The notes below the pieces were generated by a model. That model searched no databases. It was not told the origin of the DNA and was given only the letters and a program-made list of their open reading frames with translations. The translations under genes were made by a program, and so were the position numbers. Of a stretch of DNA of 64,000 nucleotides, positions 1 to 12,634 are shown piece after piece. The stretch's first letter is position 1. The number at the start of each line of letters is the position of its first letter. Origin of the DNA: Malacoraja senta (Eukaryota); assembly GCA_038087875.1 (NCBI GenBank), contig CM075988.1, positions 22,074,001 to 22,138,000 of the forward strand. Reading direction: 5' to 3'.

Positions 1-389
1 TCCACCATCCCTCCATCCCTCTCCTCTACCCCAACACCTTGATTAATCCTCCACCCACAAGCCCCTCCATAACTCATCCTCACCCTCCCTCCCTCCCTCC
101 CTCCCTCCACAAACTCCTCAGAACCTCCATCTTCCCTACTTACCAACAACAGCCCATCTCTCTCCCCTCTCCCTCTCCAACCCCTTCATTCATCATCCCT
201 CCCTCCACCGTCCCTGCCACTTACCAACAAGAACCACCCCCTCTCTTCTCTCTCTCTCTCTCTCTCTCTTTCTTTCTCCTTCTCTCCTTCCCTCTCTCCC
301 TCTGTGTGCACCGACAGGAAGGTCCGCTGTCCTCTATAAACGATCCGACGGCTCCCACCGGCCCGGCTAAAGGTACCGGATTACAGGCA

Positions 390-2386
390 GAGGAAGGAGA
401 GAGGAGGAGAGAGGAGTTGAGAGGGGGAGAGAGGAGTTGAGAGGGGGAGAGAGGAGTTGAGAGGGGGAGAGAGGAGTTGAGAGGAGTTGAGAGGAGTTGA
501 GGAGTTGAGAGGGGGAGAGAGGAGTTGAGAGGGGGAGAGATGAGTTGAGAGGGGGAGAGAGGAGTTGAGAGGGGGAGAGAGGAGTTGAGAGGGGGAGAGA
601 GGAGTTGAGAGGAGGAGAGAGGAGTTGAGAGGGGGAGAGAGGAGTTGAGAGGAGGAGAGAGGAGTTGAGAGGAGGAGAGAGGAGTTGAGAGGAGGAGAGA
701 GGAGTTGAGAGGAGGAGAGAGGAGTTGAGAGGAGGAGAGAGGAGTTGAGAGGGGAGAGAGGAGTTGAGAGGGGGAGAGAGGAGTTGAGAGGGGGAGAGAG
801 GAGTTGAGAGGGGGAGAGAGGAGTTGAGAGGGGGAGAGAGGAGTTGAGAGGGGGAGAGAGGAGGAGAGAGGAGAGAGGAGTTGAGAGGAGAGAGAGGAGT
901 TGAGAGGAGGAGAGAGGAGTTGAGAGGGGGAGAGAGGAGTTGAGAGGGGGAGAGAGGAGTTGAGAGGGGGAGAGAGGAGTTGAGAGGGGGAGAGAGGAGT
1001 TGAGAGGGGGAGAGAGGAGTTGAGAGGAGGAGAGAGGAGTTGAGGAGTTGAGAGGAGGAGAGAGGAGTTGAGGAGTTGAGAGGGGGAGTGAGGAGTTGAG
1101 AGGGGGAGAGAGGAGTTGAGAGGAGGAGAGAGGAGTTGAGGAGTTGAGAGGAGGAGAGGAGTTGAGAGGAGGAGAGAGGAGTTGAGGAGTTGAGAGGAGG
1201 AGAGAGGAGTTGAGAGGGGGAGAGAGGAGTTGAGGAGTTGAGAGGAGGAGAGAGGAGTTGAGAGGGGGAGAGAGGAGTTGAGAGGGGGAGAGAGGAGTTG
1301 AGAGGAGGAGAGAGGAGTTGAGAGGAGGAGAGAGGAGTTGAGAGGAGGAGAGAGGAGTTGAGAGGGGGAGAGAGGAGTTGAGAGGGGAGAGAGGAGTTGA
1401 GAGGAGGAGAGAGGAGTTGAGAGGAGGAGAGAGGAGTTGAGAGGGGGAGAGAGGAGTTGAGAGGAGGAGAGAGGAGTTGAGGAGTTGAGAGGAGGAGAGA
1501 GGAGTTGAGAGGGGGAGAGAGGAGTTGAGAGGAGGAGAGAGGAGTTGAGGAGTTGAGAGGGGGAGAGAGGAGTTGAGAGGGGGAGAGAGGAGTTGAGAGG
1601 GGAGAGAGGAGTTGAGAGGAGTTGAGAGGAGTTGAGGAGTTGAGAGGGGGAGAGAGGAGTTGAGAGGGGGAGAGATGAGTTGAGAGGGGGAGAGAGGAGT
1701 TGAGAGGGGGAGAGAGGAGTTGAGAGGGGGAGAGAGGAGTTGAGAGGAGGAGAGAGGAGTTGAGAGGGGGAGAGAGGAGTTGAGAGGAGGAGAGAGGAGT
1801 TGAGAGGAGGAGAGAGGAGTTGAGAGGAGGAGAGAGGAGTTGAGAGGAGGAGAGAGGAGTTGAGAGGGGGGAGGAGAGGAGGAGAGGAATTGAGAGGAGG
1901 AGAGAGGGAGTTGAGAGGGGGAGAGAGGAGTTGAGAGGAGGAGAGAGGAGTTGAGAGGAGGAGAGAGGAGTTGAGGAGTTGAGAGGGGGAGAGAGGAGTT
2001 TGAGAGGGGGAGAGAGGAGTTGAGAGGGAGAGAGGAGTTGAGAGGAGTTGAGAGGAGTTGAGGAGTTGAGAGGGGGAGAGAGGAGTTGAGAGGGGAGAGA
2101 GGAGTTGAGAGGGGGAGAGAGGAGGAGAGAGGAGGGGAGAGGAGTTGAGAGGGGGAGAGAGGAGGAGAGAGGAGAGAGGAGTTGAGAGGAGAGAGAGGAG
2201 TTGAGAGGAGGAGAGAGGAGTTGAGAGGAGGAGAGAGGAGTTGAGAGGAGAGAGGAGGAGAGAGGAGTTGAGAGGAGGAGAGAGGAGTTGAGAGGAGGAG
2301 AGAGGAGTTGAGAGGAGAGAGGAGTTGAGAGGGGAGAGAGGAGGTTGAGAGGAGGAGAGAGTGGAGAGAAGAGAGGAGGGAGGAGG
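390..2386. repeat. About 2 kb purine-rich minisatellite, ~20-bp unit GAGAGGAGTTGAGAGG(G/A)GGA
   Basis: Directly visible; + strand is almost entirely A/G with TT dinucleotides. Confidence 0.97.
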
Positions 2387-2792
2387 CATGGGTGCTTTCT
2401 CCCCTCTGCTGCAGTGTGCGGGAGAACAAGAGGTGTGGGAGGTGCTGCTGCACCTTCTCTTGCTCGCTGGGCTGGGAGGGAAGAGAGATCAGTGAGAGAG
2501 TGAGAGGTGAATACAGAGGGAAGTGGAGGGGGTTCCAAGGGAGGGGACCTATACACTCTCTTGGCTAAAATTAAGACCACAATTTCAGGCAATTTCAAAT
2601 ATAATCACAAAGGTTCAGCATTTCTGAGTAAAACAGCAACCTCTGGGTTCTGTTAAATGTTTGAGGATAAACACAGAAATCCATGTTGCATTCAGTGTCT
2701 TCATATTTTCCCTTGCAAGTCAGGCCTTCAATATTTTATTGTCACAAGTACCTAGGTACAGTAATATTCCTTGCTTTTGCATACAAAATGTG

Positions 2793-2906
2793 TGGCAGAA
2801 GTGGGATTCGAATCCGCACCTCCAGTTGGAGACCAGAACACCCACTCTACTTCAGAAGGACTTTATTCCTTTAGCCTGGTACCTTAGACCATTTGGCTAT
2901 CCTGAC
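2793..2906 (-). pseudogene. Degenerate intron-containing tRNA-Leu(CAA)-like gene
   Basis: Reverse complement reads GTCAGGATAGCCAAATGGTCTAAGGTACCAGGCTAAAG-[~30 nt intron]-TTCTGGTCTCCAACTGGAGGTGCGGATTCGAATCCCACTTCTGCCA then TTTT. It matches tRNA-Leu(CAA) architecture, but the anticodon reads AAA and there are stem and B-box mismatches. Confidence 0.8.
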
Positions 2907-2939
2907 ATTCTGGCCATAATCAAACAATGTTTAAGAAGG

Positions 2940-4899
2940 TACACAAAAATGCTGGAGAAACTCAGCGGGTGCAGCAGCATCTATGGAGCGAAGGAAATAG
3001 GCAACGTTTCGGGCCGAAACCCTTCTTCAGACTGATAGGGGGTGGGGAGAAGAAAGGAAAAAAGGAAAAAAGGCGGAGGAGCCCGAGGGCTGGGGGAGGG
3101 GAGGAGACAACTAGAGGGCTGATGAAGGAGAGGGGACAGCAAGGGCTAGCAGAATTGGGAGAATTCAATGTTCAAGCCCCCAGGATGTAGACTGCCCAAG
3201 CGGAATATGAGGTGCATTTCCTCCAATTTCCGGTGTTGCTCGCTGTGGCCATGGAGGAGACCCAGGACAGAGAGGTCAGATACGGAATGGGAGGGGGAGT
3301 TGAAGTGCTGAGCCACCGGGAGGTCAGGTTGGTTATTGCGGACCGACCGGAGGTGTTCGGCGAAACGATCGCCAAGCCTCCGCTTGGTCTCACCAATGTA
3401 GATCAGCTGGCATCTAGAGCAGCGGATGCAATAGATGAGGTTGGAGGAGATGCAGGTGAACCTCTGTCGCACCTGGAACGACTGCTTAGGTCCTTGAATG
3501 GAGTCGAGGGGGGAGGTGAAGGGACAAGTGTTGCATCTCTTGCGGTTGCAAGGGAAAGTACCCGGGGAGGGGGTGGTACGGGAGGGAAGGGAAGAATTGA
3601 CAAGGGAGTTACGGAGGGAGCGGTCTTTGCGGAAGGCAGACATGGGGGGAGATGGGAAGATGTGGCGAGTGGTGGGGTCACGTTGGAGGTGGCGAAGCTG
3701 ACGGAGGATCACTTGTTGTATGTGACGGCTGGTGGGGTGAAAGGTGAGGACTAGGGGGACTCTGCCCTTGTTGTGAGTGGGGGGATGGGGAGAGAGAGCA
3801 GTGTTGCGGGGTATGGCAGAGACCCTGGTGCGAGCCTCATCTATGGTGGAGGAACAAATGTCCCTGAAGAATGAAGACATTTCGGATGCCCTGGTGTGGA
3901 ACGCCTCATCCTGGGAGCAGATGCGGCGTAGACGGAGGAATTGGGAGTGGGGGATGGAGTCCTTACAGGAAGCTGGGTGGGAAGAAGTGTAGTCCAGATA
4001 GCCATGGGAGTCGGTAGGTTTGTAGTGGATGTCGGTAAGAAGTCTATCACCTGCGATGGAGATAGTGAGGTCAAGGAATGGTAGGGAAGTGTCGGAAATG
4101 GTCCAGGTGTATTTGAGTGCCGGATGGAAGTTGGTGGTGAAGCAGATGAAGTCAGTCAGTTGTGTGTGGGTGCAGGATGTGGCACCAAAACAGTCATCGA
4201 TGTAGCGGAGGTAGAGGTCGGGGATGGGGCACTGGTACGCATTGAACAAGGATTGTTCTACGTACCCGACAAAGAGGCAGGCGTAGCTGGGGCCCATGCG
4301 TGTGCCCATAGCTACGCCTTGTATTTGGAGGAAATGGGAGGAGTCAAATGAGAAGTTATTGAGGGTAAGGACCAGCTCCGCTAGGCGGAGGAGGGTGTCA
4401 GTGGCCGGGTATAGGTTGCTTCTTCGGTCGAGGAAAAAACGGAGGGCTTCGAGACTATCCTGGTGGGGGATGGAGGTGTACAATGACTGGACGTCCATGG
4501 TGAAGATGAGGGGGTGAGGGCCTAGAGAGTGGAATGCGCGGAGACGACGGAGTGTCTGAGGTGTCTTGAACATAGGTAGGGAGGGATTTAACCAAGGGGG
4601 ATAGGATGGAGTCGAAGTAGGTGGAGATGAGTTCGGTGGGGCACGAACAGGCAGAGACAATAGGTCTACCGGGACAGTCAGGTTTGTGGATTTTGGGGAG
4701 AAGGTAAAAGCGGGCCGTGCGGGGCTGGGGAACGATGAGGTTGGAGGCTCGGTCGGGCAGGACGTGGGAGTGGATGAAGTCAGTGATGGTGCTAGAGATG
4801 GTGGCCTGGTGCTCGTCAGTGGGGTCATGGTCCAGGGGTAAGTAGGAGGAGGTGTGCGAGAGTTGGCGCGTGGCCTCAGCTTTGTAGAGATCGACGCGC
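2940..4899 (-). mobile_element. Penelope-like retroelement, 5'-truncated (RT + GIY-YIG), one frameshift near 4555
   Basis: [42 protein letters not shown]...[16 protein letters not shown]. Flanked by a 15-bp direct repeat CAATGTTTAAGAAGG at 2925-2939 and 4900-4914. Confidence 0.93.
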
Positions 4900-5445
4900 C
4901 AATGTTTAAGAAGGAACTGCAGATGCTGGAAAACCGAAGGTAGACAAAAATGCTGGAGAATCTCAGCGGGTGAGGCAGCATCTATGGAGCGAAGGAAATA
5001 GGCAACGTTTTGGGTCGAGACCCTTCTTCAGACTGATGTGAGGGTGGGGGGGGCGGGAAGAAGAAAGGAAGAGGCGGAGACAGTGGGCTGAGAAGGGGTG
5101 GAGAAAGCAGGGACTACCTGAAATTAGAGGTCAATATTCATACCGCTGGGGTGTAAACTGCCCAAGCGAAATATGAGGTGCTGTTCCTCCAATTTACGGT
5201 GGTCCTCACTCTGGCCATGGAGGAGGCCCAGGACAGAAAGGTCGGATTCGGAATGGGAGGGGGAGTTGAAGTGCTGAGCCACCGGGAGATCAGGTAGGTT
5301 AATGCGAACCGAGTGGAGGTGTTGGGCGAAGCGATCGGCAAGCCTTCGCTTGGTTTCACCGAAGTAGAGCAGCTGACACCAAGAGCTGCTCTACTTCTAG
5401 ATGAGGTTGGAGGAGGTGCAGGTGAACCTCTGCCGCACCTGGAAA
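4900..5445 (-). mobile_element. 3' fragment of a related Penelope subfamily (GIY-YIG end plus terminus)
   Basis: Paralogous to 2940-3480, with more divergence. Confidence 0.85.
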
Positions 5446-5463
5446 AATATTGTAATGTTCCAT

Positions 5464-5641
5464 TACGATATCACATTGGACCTTGGTGTTGTGGACCTTG
5501 TGATCACATTCTGGCGGACTACTGGAGGAATGTTGCACTACCAGCGATGCCATACGATATCACATTGGACCTTGGTGTTGTGGACCTTGTGATCACATTC
5601 TGGCGGACTACTGGAGGAATGTTGCACTACCAGCGATGCCA
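5464..5641. repeat. 89-bp tandem duplication (2 copies)
   Basis: TACGATATCACATTGGACCTTGG...CCAGCGATGCCA starts at 5464 and again at 5553. Confidence 0.9.
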
Positions 5642-5787
5642 TCTTTCCTTCATTATTAATTGTAGGTTGCATCTGCTTCCTTGGGTGGAGCACAACCAGA
5701 GCAAGAACCGGTCATCAGGTCCCTCAAGACAGGCTGGAGGAATGGGCAGATTAAATTTAATGGAGAGGTGACATAAAACAAGAGGGC

Positions 5788-6010
5788 GACAGAGTGGTAG
5801 AATTGCTGCTTTACAACAGCAGGGACCTGGGTTCGATTCTAACCACAGGTGCTGTCTGTACAGAGTTTGTGCATTCTCCTTGTGACCGCACGGGTTTTCA
5901 TTGGGAACTCCAGTTTATTCCAACTTTCCAAAGACGTGCAGGTTTGGAGATTGATTGGCTATTGTAAATTGTCCCTAGTGTGTCGGAGTGGTAGTGCACG
6001 GGGTGATCAC
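5788..6010 (+). mobile_element. V-SINE/HE1-like SINE copy
   Basis: Same family as 10214-10490. Confidence 0.7.
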
Positions 6011-9000
6011 TGTTAAAATGGCACAATTATTGAGATTTTTTTTGAAGGGGAAGCTTATGGAATCCAGTTATATTAGTTTGTCATTATTGGAGTACCAAGT
6101 CTAGTTCTTGAGCACTGCACTTTCAGAAAGATGCACAGGCCTTTAGGAGTATGCAGGGAGAAATGACCTGAATAATTTCACTGTTTAGGAACTTGATTTA
6201 CAGGGATACATTGGGGAAACTGGGATTGGTTCCCTTACAACAGAGAAGGGTGAGAGGGGATTTGATGGAGGTACTTGGACATCTTTTACGTAAATGGAAA
6301 TGGTTTGCAGAATCATTAAGGTTATAGGAGAGTAATTTGCAAATGAACCCACAAAAAAAGAATGCTTCAGAATCCCCTCGCCCCAACTCTATAATGACTA
6401 GATGAAGTCCTGGATTACGTTACCAGAGTGGTGGTGGAGAAATATCCAGTGAAGATCTTTGAAAGAAAGCAGGTCTTGCCAAAATCCTGGTCTTGCTTAG
6501 CAGAAACATATTTGTAGCGCAATGGAACCATACAACTGATTGCTGGATCAAAGCAAAACAGAAAGAGCTGAATGACATTTTTCTGTATTGCAACCTTTAT
6601 GTGACTTAAGGTGAGGTTGTGGTGAATGTAAAGAACAAAAAATACTCTCCCACTTGTTTGTTACGTTTACTGCATTCACTGCGGTAGAAATTTAATTTGC
6701 ATGTTTCTTGTTTAAACATTGCCGATCGTCTTTTCTGGCTTCTATTTTTCGAAACCCCAAATTACAATTATAGTACAAAAAAAGTAGACACAACGTTTTT
6801 GATGAAGTGAGAAGACAAACGCAGCATTGAAAAGCAAGAAACAACATTCCCAGACAATCAGGTGATTTGGAAGAAGGGCACCAGGTGACTGGTCAGCGAC
6901 CAAGGCCGCGAGGGTTTGTCCAAAGAAACAGCTACCCTTCGAGGTTGTGATCAACAAGTGGAGCAAAACCCAACCAACTCAAGTCCCACCATTGTGCCAC
7001 AGTCTATCCAAAACTTCCATGAGTTATAACACAAGAGTATATCACTATTGTTAATAAAAGGTTCAAGCTGATAACAGAATGAGGCCAACTTTACTACCAT
7101 TTTTCAAGCCTTGATGCACCTCGCTTTTCATAAGACAACTACATTTTGTAAAATCTAGTACATAAAATGTACAATTCCACTTTATTTTAGAAGTTTCATA
7201 CTTGCAAATGGATAACTAAGGATTCAAATAATTGAGAATGTACAATATAATAAAGGACATAACACTTACTATGGGCTTTTGTACCTTTCAAAAACAAAAA
7301 TATTTATAAGCACGTACAATTGTAGGCACGTACAACTGTAAACTTTCAGATTAACTGCTGATACAAGTAGGCTAATAGCTGTTCAATGATGGCAGTTATT
7401 TCATAGATGTACACTTAATTTACAGTAACAAAGTTGTAAGAGCATTTTCACTCCCGTGAAAGCTGCTTTTGCAATACCTTCGAATATGTTATGGAAAGAT
7501 GCTAATCCGTTTATATTGCAACTTTAGTTTTGAATGTTAATGTGTCTAGTACCAGCCATTTAACTATTTGGTTATGCTCAATCCATGAAGTTACTGTCCA
7601 ACAATGTCATCACCAAAATGGAAAAAAGTAATGATTGGAATGCTGCTTGATAAGTTAGTCTTCACAAAAGCCTACATTTTTCAGGAGAAATCAAACTTTT
7701 CCATGATACAGTACATATTTACTTTTCCTCCCGACAGAACATTTAGCACACATCATACAATGCATTCTGCCGTTCTCTCTCAACCTTGGGTTAATTGTTT
7801 ACATATAAAAACATGCATGGAATTAAAACCATGAACATTACAAAGACTTTTTGCTTTTAAAATTGTTTCAATTAGTATTTTATCCGATAGTCTCCCTATG
7901 TCTAAATATTGTTACAGATGGGATATTCATATTACAAAGCATAGAAACTATAAGGAAAAACAAAATCACACCATATAATTATAGAAAAGGCAACAATAGG
8001 CAAGAGTGTAACATTTGCATTGAAAATGGCTGGACAATTATTTGAGTCATAAGTATCTTGGATAAGATTCCTTGATCATCCAAGGCAATACTTTTACGAG
8101 ACAGTCCTTCATTAAGTATCAATTAAATACTTTTTATCTCCCTTATCCTTGCACAGAATGTGATATTAGTACCATTTTCTGTTTATGAAGAAGGCCGTTT
8201 GATGCATGTCTGTGTATCTGCATGTTGATATTGTTTCTAACCTGGAATCACCATGCTACATTGTTTTCTCTTGCTCATCTCCACACTCTCAAACATCCAA
8301 CCTCTCGACAGTCAACTTTCAAAGGGCAACTGTGGCAGACAGGCAGAGTGGTGCGGCTGTAAGAGCTGCTGCCTCACAGCTCCAGCAACCAGAGTTCTGT
8401 TTGGGCTTAAGGTACCATGCAGAGCTTGCACATTCTCTCTGCAAGCTCGTGGGTTACCCCCCCCCCCCCCCCTCTTTCCGGATGCTCCAGTTTCTTCCCA
8501 CATCCTACAAAGAGTATGGGATGGGAGATTAATTAGCCACTGTAAATTCCTCCTTCGGTGTGGGCAAGCGATAAAATCTGGGGAAAGAAATTGATGGGAA
8601 TGTGGGGACAACAGGTTACAAGAAAAATTGATAGGGAGTTGGGATGAGCCGGCATTGACACAACAGCTGAAATGGCCTCCTATCTGAAGGAAATATGGAA
8701 TATCTTGTATATGGAAATATGGAATCATCATTCATTAGATTTAAACTCCAAGCAAATAAATCCATAAAATTGCTGACTGCCCTCAATGATTACAGCTTCA
8801 AATTAGGCAAAAATATACAAGGCAGCATTTCAATAGAAACTGCAAAAGCAAATTTCAAAATCAAGAATACATCAATTTCGAGGAACAAAAATGTTTGGAA
8901 CTTTGTCCAACTAGATATGCTTAGTTGGACAATGAATTTGATATCGCTTTCTGGTTCAATGAACTTCAACAATCCCTATTTTTTCCCAATAACTTTTCTA

Positions 9001-10213
9001 TTGTGCCCTTTTTTAGCTCACGACAATGAGAATCATTTTACACCCAGTAAAGTGCGGTTGAAGTGTAGCAGCCAATTTGCATATAACAAGGAATGTGAAC
9101 AGAGATCAACCTTAATGCTGTTTGTTGAGGCAGCTTTTCAAAAATAATGCCTTGTGCTATTTAAATCCACGAGGCACAGGTTCAAAGTCTCATCTGAGAA
9201 ATGTACTCAATGGAATGATACTGGAACCCACAAACTACTGAGCAGCCCAGGCAAACTTGCCACTTGACACCAAGCGACATGCAAAAATCATGCTTACATC
9301 TCTAATAAAATATTTCTTTTTAATTAGTTAAAAACTAGTAACAGATTGGACTATGCTTTTAAAGTGAGATTGTCTTATTAGTACAATAGGAAAGCGATAG
9401 CTGCTAAAGCGCATACAGAGTAAAATCAGTCTCACCTCACTAAATTAGTCTTTGCTATTAATGGTGAAACAGGTTAATACACTGGTATAGATTCCAGAAC
9501 AAATCAAAGACACAACAGAAAAAGATTTTTAAAGTATTTTTGCAATTACTTCAATATTGACAGCACACATTCAAATACTTTACATTTAAAATTATCCCTT
9601 TGTAAACTGAAAGACCAACCAGTGGTGCAGCCTTTAATACAAATGTACCATGGAAGATATAATTACGATGCACAAATCGACATTAGACAAAAAAAAAACT
9701 GCAGATGCTGGAAATCTGAAATAAAAACAGAAGCTTCCAAATGTGCAGTTGGTCTGGCAGCATGTGAGGAGAGCAATAGAATTATTGTTTCTGCTTGATG
9801 ACCTTTCATTGGAACTGCGGGAAAAAAGTTAAACGCAAAAAAAGATACAGAGAAAGAGGTGGTCTACAATATAGTGATTTGGGAGAGAATATGTAACTAC
9901 TGGCAAGATGAAAAAAAGGCAGCAAAAGGTTGGTGCGTTTAAATGGAGAATTAGCTATTTCCATGCAATATGGAATGACTGCTGAAAATCTCAAAAGTGG
10001 CCAGTGTTTCTGACACCATTGATTTTTATTTTTCAGGTACAGTCCAAGTGCTAACGTGCCCAGACAGAAGATGGTGTTTTCCCCCTAGACTTGCAATGAG
10101 CTCAGCAGTGGAACAGTATTGGAGACAAGTGTGCAGCATGGAGAGTTTAATTGGTAAGCTCAAGGTCAAGCTTGCAGACAAAGTGAAAGCATTTTGCAAG
10201 GGAGTATTCAAAA

Positions 10214-10490
10214 CAGTGGCGCAGCGGTAGAGTTGCTGCCTTACAGCACCAGTGACCTGGGTTCGATCCTGTCTACGGGTGCTGTACGTACGGAGTTTGC
10301 ACGTTCTCCCAGTGACCGCGTGGGTTTTCTCCAGGTGCTCCATTTCCTCCCACATTCCAAAGATGTGCAGGTTTGTAGGCTTCTGTAAATTGTTCCTACT
10401 GTGTCAGATAGAGCTAGTGTATGAGTGATCTCCGGTCGGCGTGGACTTGGTGAGCCAAAGGGCCCGTTTCCATGCCATATCTCTAAACTA
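10214..10490 (+). mobile_element. tRNA-derived V-SINE/HE1-like SINE
   Basis: A box TGGCGCAGCGG, B box GGTTCGATCC, core GGAGTTTGCACGTTCTCCC...TTCCTCCCACA, (CTAAA)n tail. Confidence 0.8.
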
Positions 10491-12496
10491 AAACAACAGT
10501 TCCCAACGTCAATAACTAAAACATGTTTAAAGCTCCAGTAAACTTCAGGAAAAAAACAAAGTCTCCACGTAAAGGCATTTGCATCTTTAGAGGTAGCAGA
10601 TGCAGGATGCCATTTTGTTTTCCACAAAATCTGAATTTCTACCCACAGATTTTCACACTGAATTTCCAAGCTAAATTATTGACCACCTCATCCAAGTGAG
10701 TCCAATTAAGAATATAGGGGTCCCCATAGTCACAAGCCTCCTTGTTCCTCAGTTGCCAGTATATATTTTTGCTTAGGTTGGCATTTCACTCTTTTTCCAG
10801 CTCCTAGACAGAAACAGTGCTTATCTGTAACACTGCTGGGAATCAACAAGTGAAAAATCTGCATAACAGATGAACATTGCAAGCAGCATTGAAGCCTTCA
10901 GCTTCTCAGATACTCCCAAAATTGAAGCTCTCAGTATCACAGATGCAGTAGTTATTTAAGCAAACTTGATTTGTTTCATTTTCTGCATGTACATAATTTT
11001 ATATAAGATCATGGAAACAAAGAGAATAAAGTAGCATTCTATACTGAACAGGAAGTAGTCAATAGTAGTATAATGTTAATAAAAGCAATAATTGTTCTGG
11101 ATTTAAGAATGAATACCCTGTCATTTTTCTTCAAGTGCCCATTTTGACAATCATTTGTCCCCAAGGAGGGAAATTTAAAGTAGTTCGTGATATTTTTATA
11201 TCCCCCTCCGTAGTCAATTCCAAAATCCATCTCCAGAATTAGGTCACAATATTTCTGAAAGTTTGATGTCATCAGGAACATTTTCTCTTTTCCCATCTCC
11301 AGTTATTTTAATCAAACTTACTGGTTTTATAAAATGAAATAGGATTTTCCAAAAGTACTAATACGGATACAGAGGCCCCATTGTTGGATGTTGAACATTA
11401 TATTGTGCCTTTAAATCTAGTTTTAACTCCGACAACAGAGGGGCTCTTACTTGAAACACACCACAAAAAAACGTGCCTTGTTAGAAGGAATGTTACATTT
11501 AACAAGAAAATCCATCTTGGAGCATCCGTGCTTCAAGTCTAACACGCACAACGTGCCTCTCGTGCCTCTCGTGAAATGGTAAATTGGAATGTTAAAATCT
11601 GTACATGATTTTTAGCAGAATAACGACACCTCTACTTTGAAAAAAAAAATCAATGAAATTGTACACATTTTTGTTTATGCACATGCAAATCGGTCAGCCA
11701 GGATAAACAAAAAAGTGTGATTCTGAGTATTCAAACTAGCTTTCTGAATAAGTTGATCTCGTCAGTATACCTGGAATATATTCAGGAATTTATAATAGCT
11801 AATGACCAAGTCCTTTTGAAACACAGTCAACTTTATGCACCACACATAACAAGACCTTGAAGTTGGTGAGAGCAGCCAACAGAATCTTACAGCATAAAAA
11901 TGGGCCCTTAGGCCCATGTTCATGCGAACATCAAATATTCATGTATACTGATCCCATTTATCAATGATATTTTATGCACTGTTAATGGAAAATTCAAATA
12001 TTTCTGAAATAAAACAACCAAATAATCTTTAACCAAAACAAGGTCAACAATGGCAGAATTCTGTATAATATGCAGAATAGATTGCTGTGTTATCACGGGC
12101 AAGTAGGTTCAACACCAGCGTATAGAGTAGCATGGATCACATTTTCAAAGGTAATTGATCAATTTTCCACATACGATAGCTGATTAAAAATAAAGCAGGT
12201 GTTCATGGTAGATGAAAACTTGTGTCCGAGGAACATCAGGTTATTGGTAGAAGAATTCAGTTTCTAAGCTTTGCTTGCATTGGTATGCTCCATCACACAT
12301 CTTTAAAGCAACATAAAATCTGTTTTAACTTGATATTAAAACACAGAGACAACAAGTTAACTTTCAGTCCGTCTTCTCTTGTCCTAAAGATGTCGTCTGA
12401 AGGGGAACAGAATCAACTTTGAACCCTCATTACTTTCCTTTGATTTTTTTTTTTGCAGTTTATATTGCTAACTCAGGATACAGGCAGGAATGTGAA

Positions 12497-12634
12497 CTAG
12501 TTATCCACATCTTGATTTAAAATCAAAGGTTTGCTTTCAGCATTTGCAGACCCTTCATAACGCTGAGACGCAATGGCGGCCTGGTGGGACATACTCTTTC
12601 GAACTATGTCTCCTTTTCGCCACAAAGTGATTTC
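12497..12634 (-). CDS. VPS26B: VPS26B last coding exon (138 nt including TAG)
   Basis: tttgcag|GAAATC; EITLWRKGDIVRKSMSHQAAIASQRYEGSANAESKPLILNQDVDN*. Confidence 0.93.
   Translation of the reverse strand, partial: EITLWRKGDIVRKSMSHQAAIASQRYEGSANAESKPLILNQDVDN

Noticed and set aside
318..372. Possible plus-strand exon (cag|GAAGGT...AAAG|gtaccg)
   Set aside because: Splice-like flanks only; no recognisable protein and no partner exons in the window.
221..2598. Three 690-743 aa Ser/Leu/Pro ORFs on the minus strand
   Set aside because: They are translations of a stop-free satellite in all three frames, not genes.
4560..4981. N-terminal ~140 aa of the 611-aa ORF as a novel domain
   Set aside because: Off-frame translation upstream of a frameshift; the true RT frame (PGRPIVSACSCPTE) is different and the start lies in the adjacent element.
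10214..10290. tRNA genes at SINE heads
   Set aside because: A and B boxes belong to multi-copy tRNA-derived SINEs; no cloverleaf.
5700..12400. THYN1 or other exons expected downstream of VPS26B by mammalian synteny
   Set aside because: No recognisable coding exon found; the region looks like 3' UTR or intergenic DNA with SINE and LINE fragments, and the polyA site cannot be fixed from sequence.
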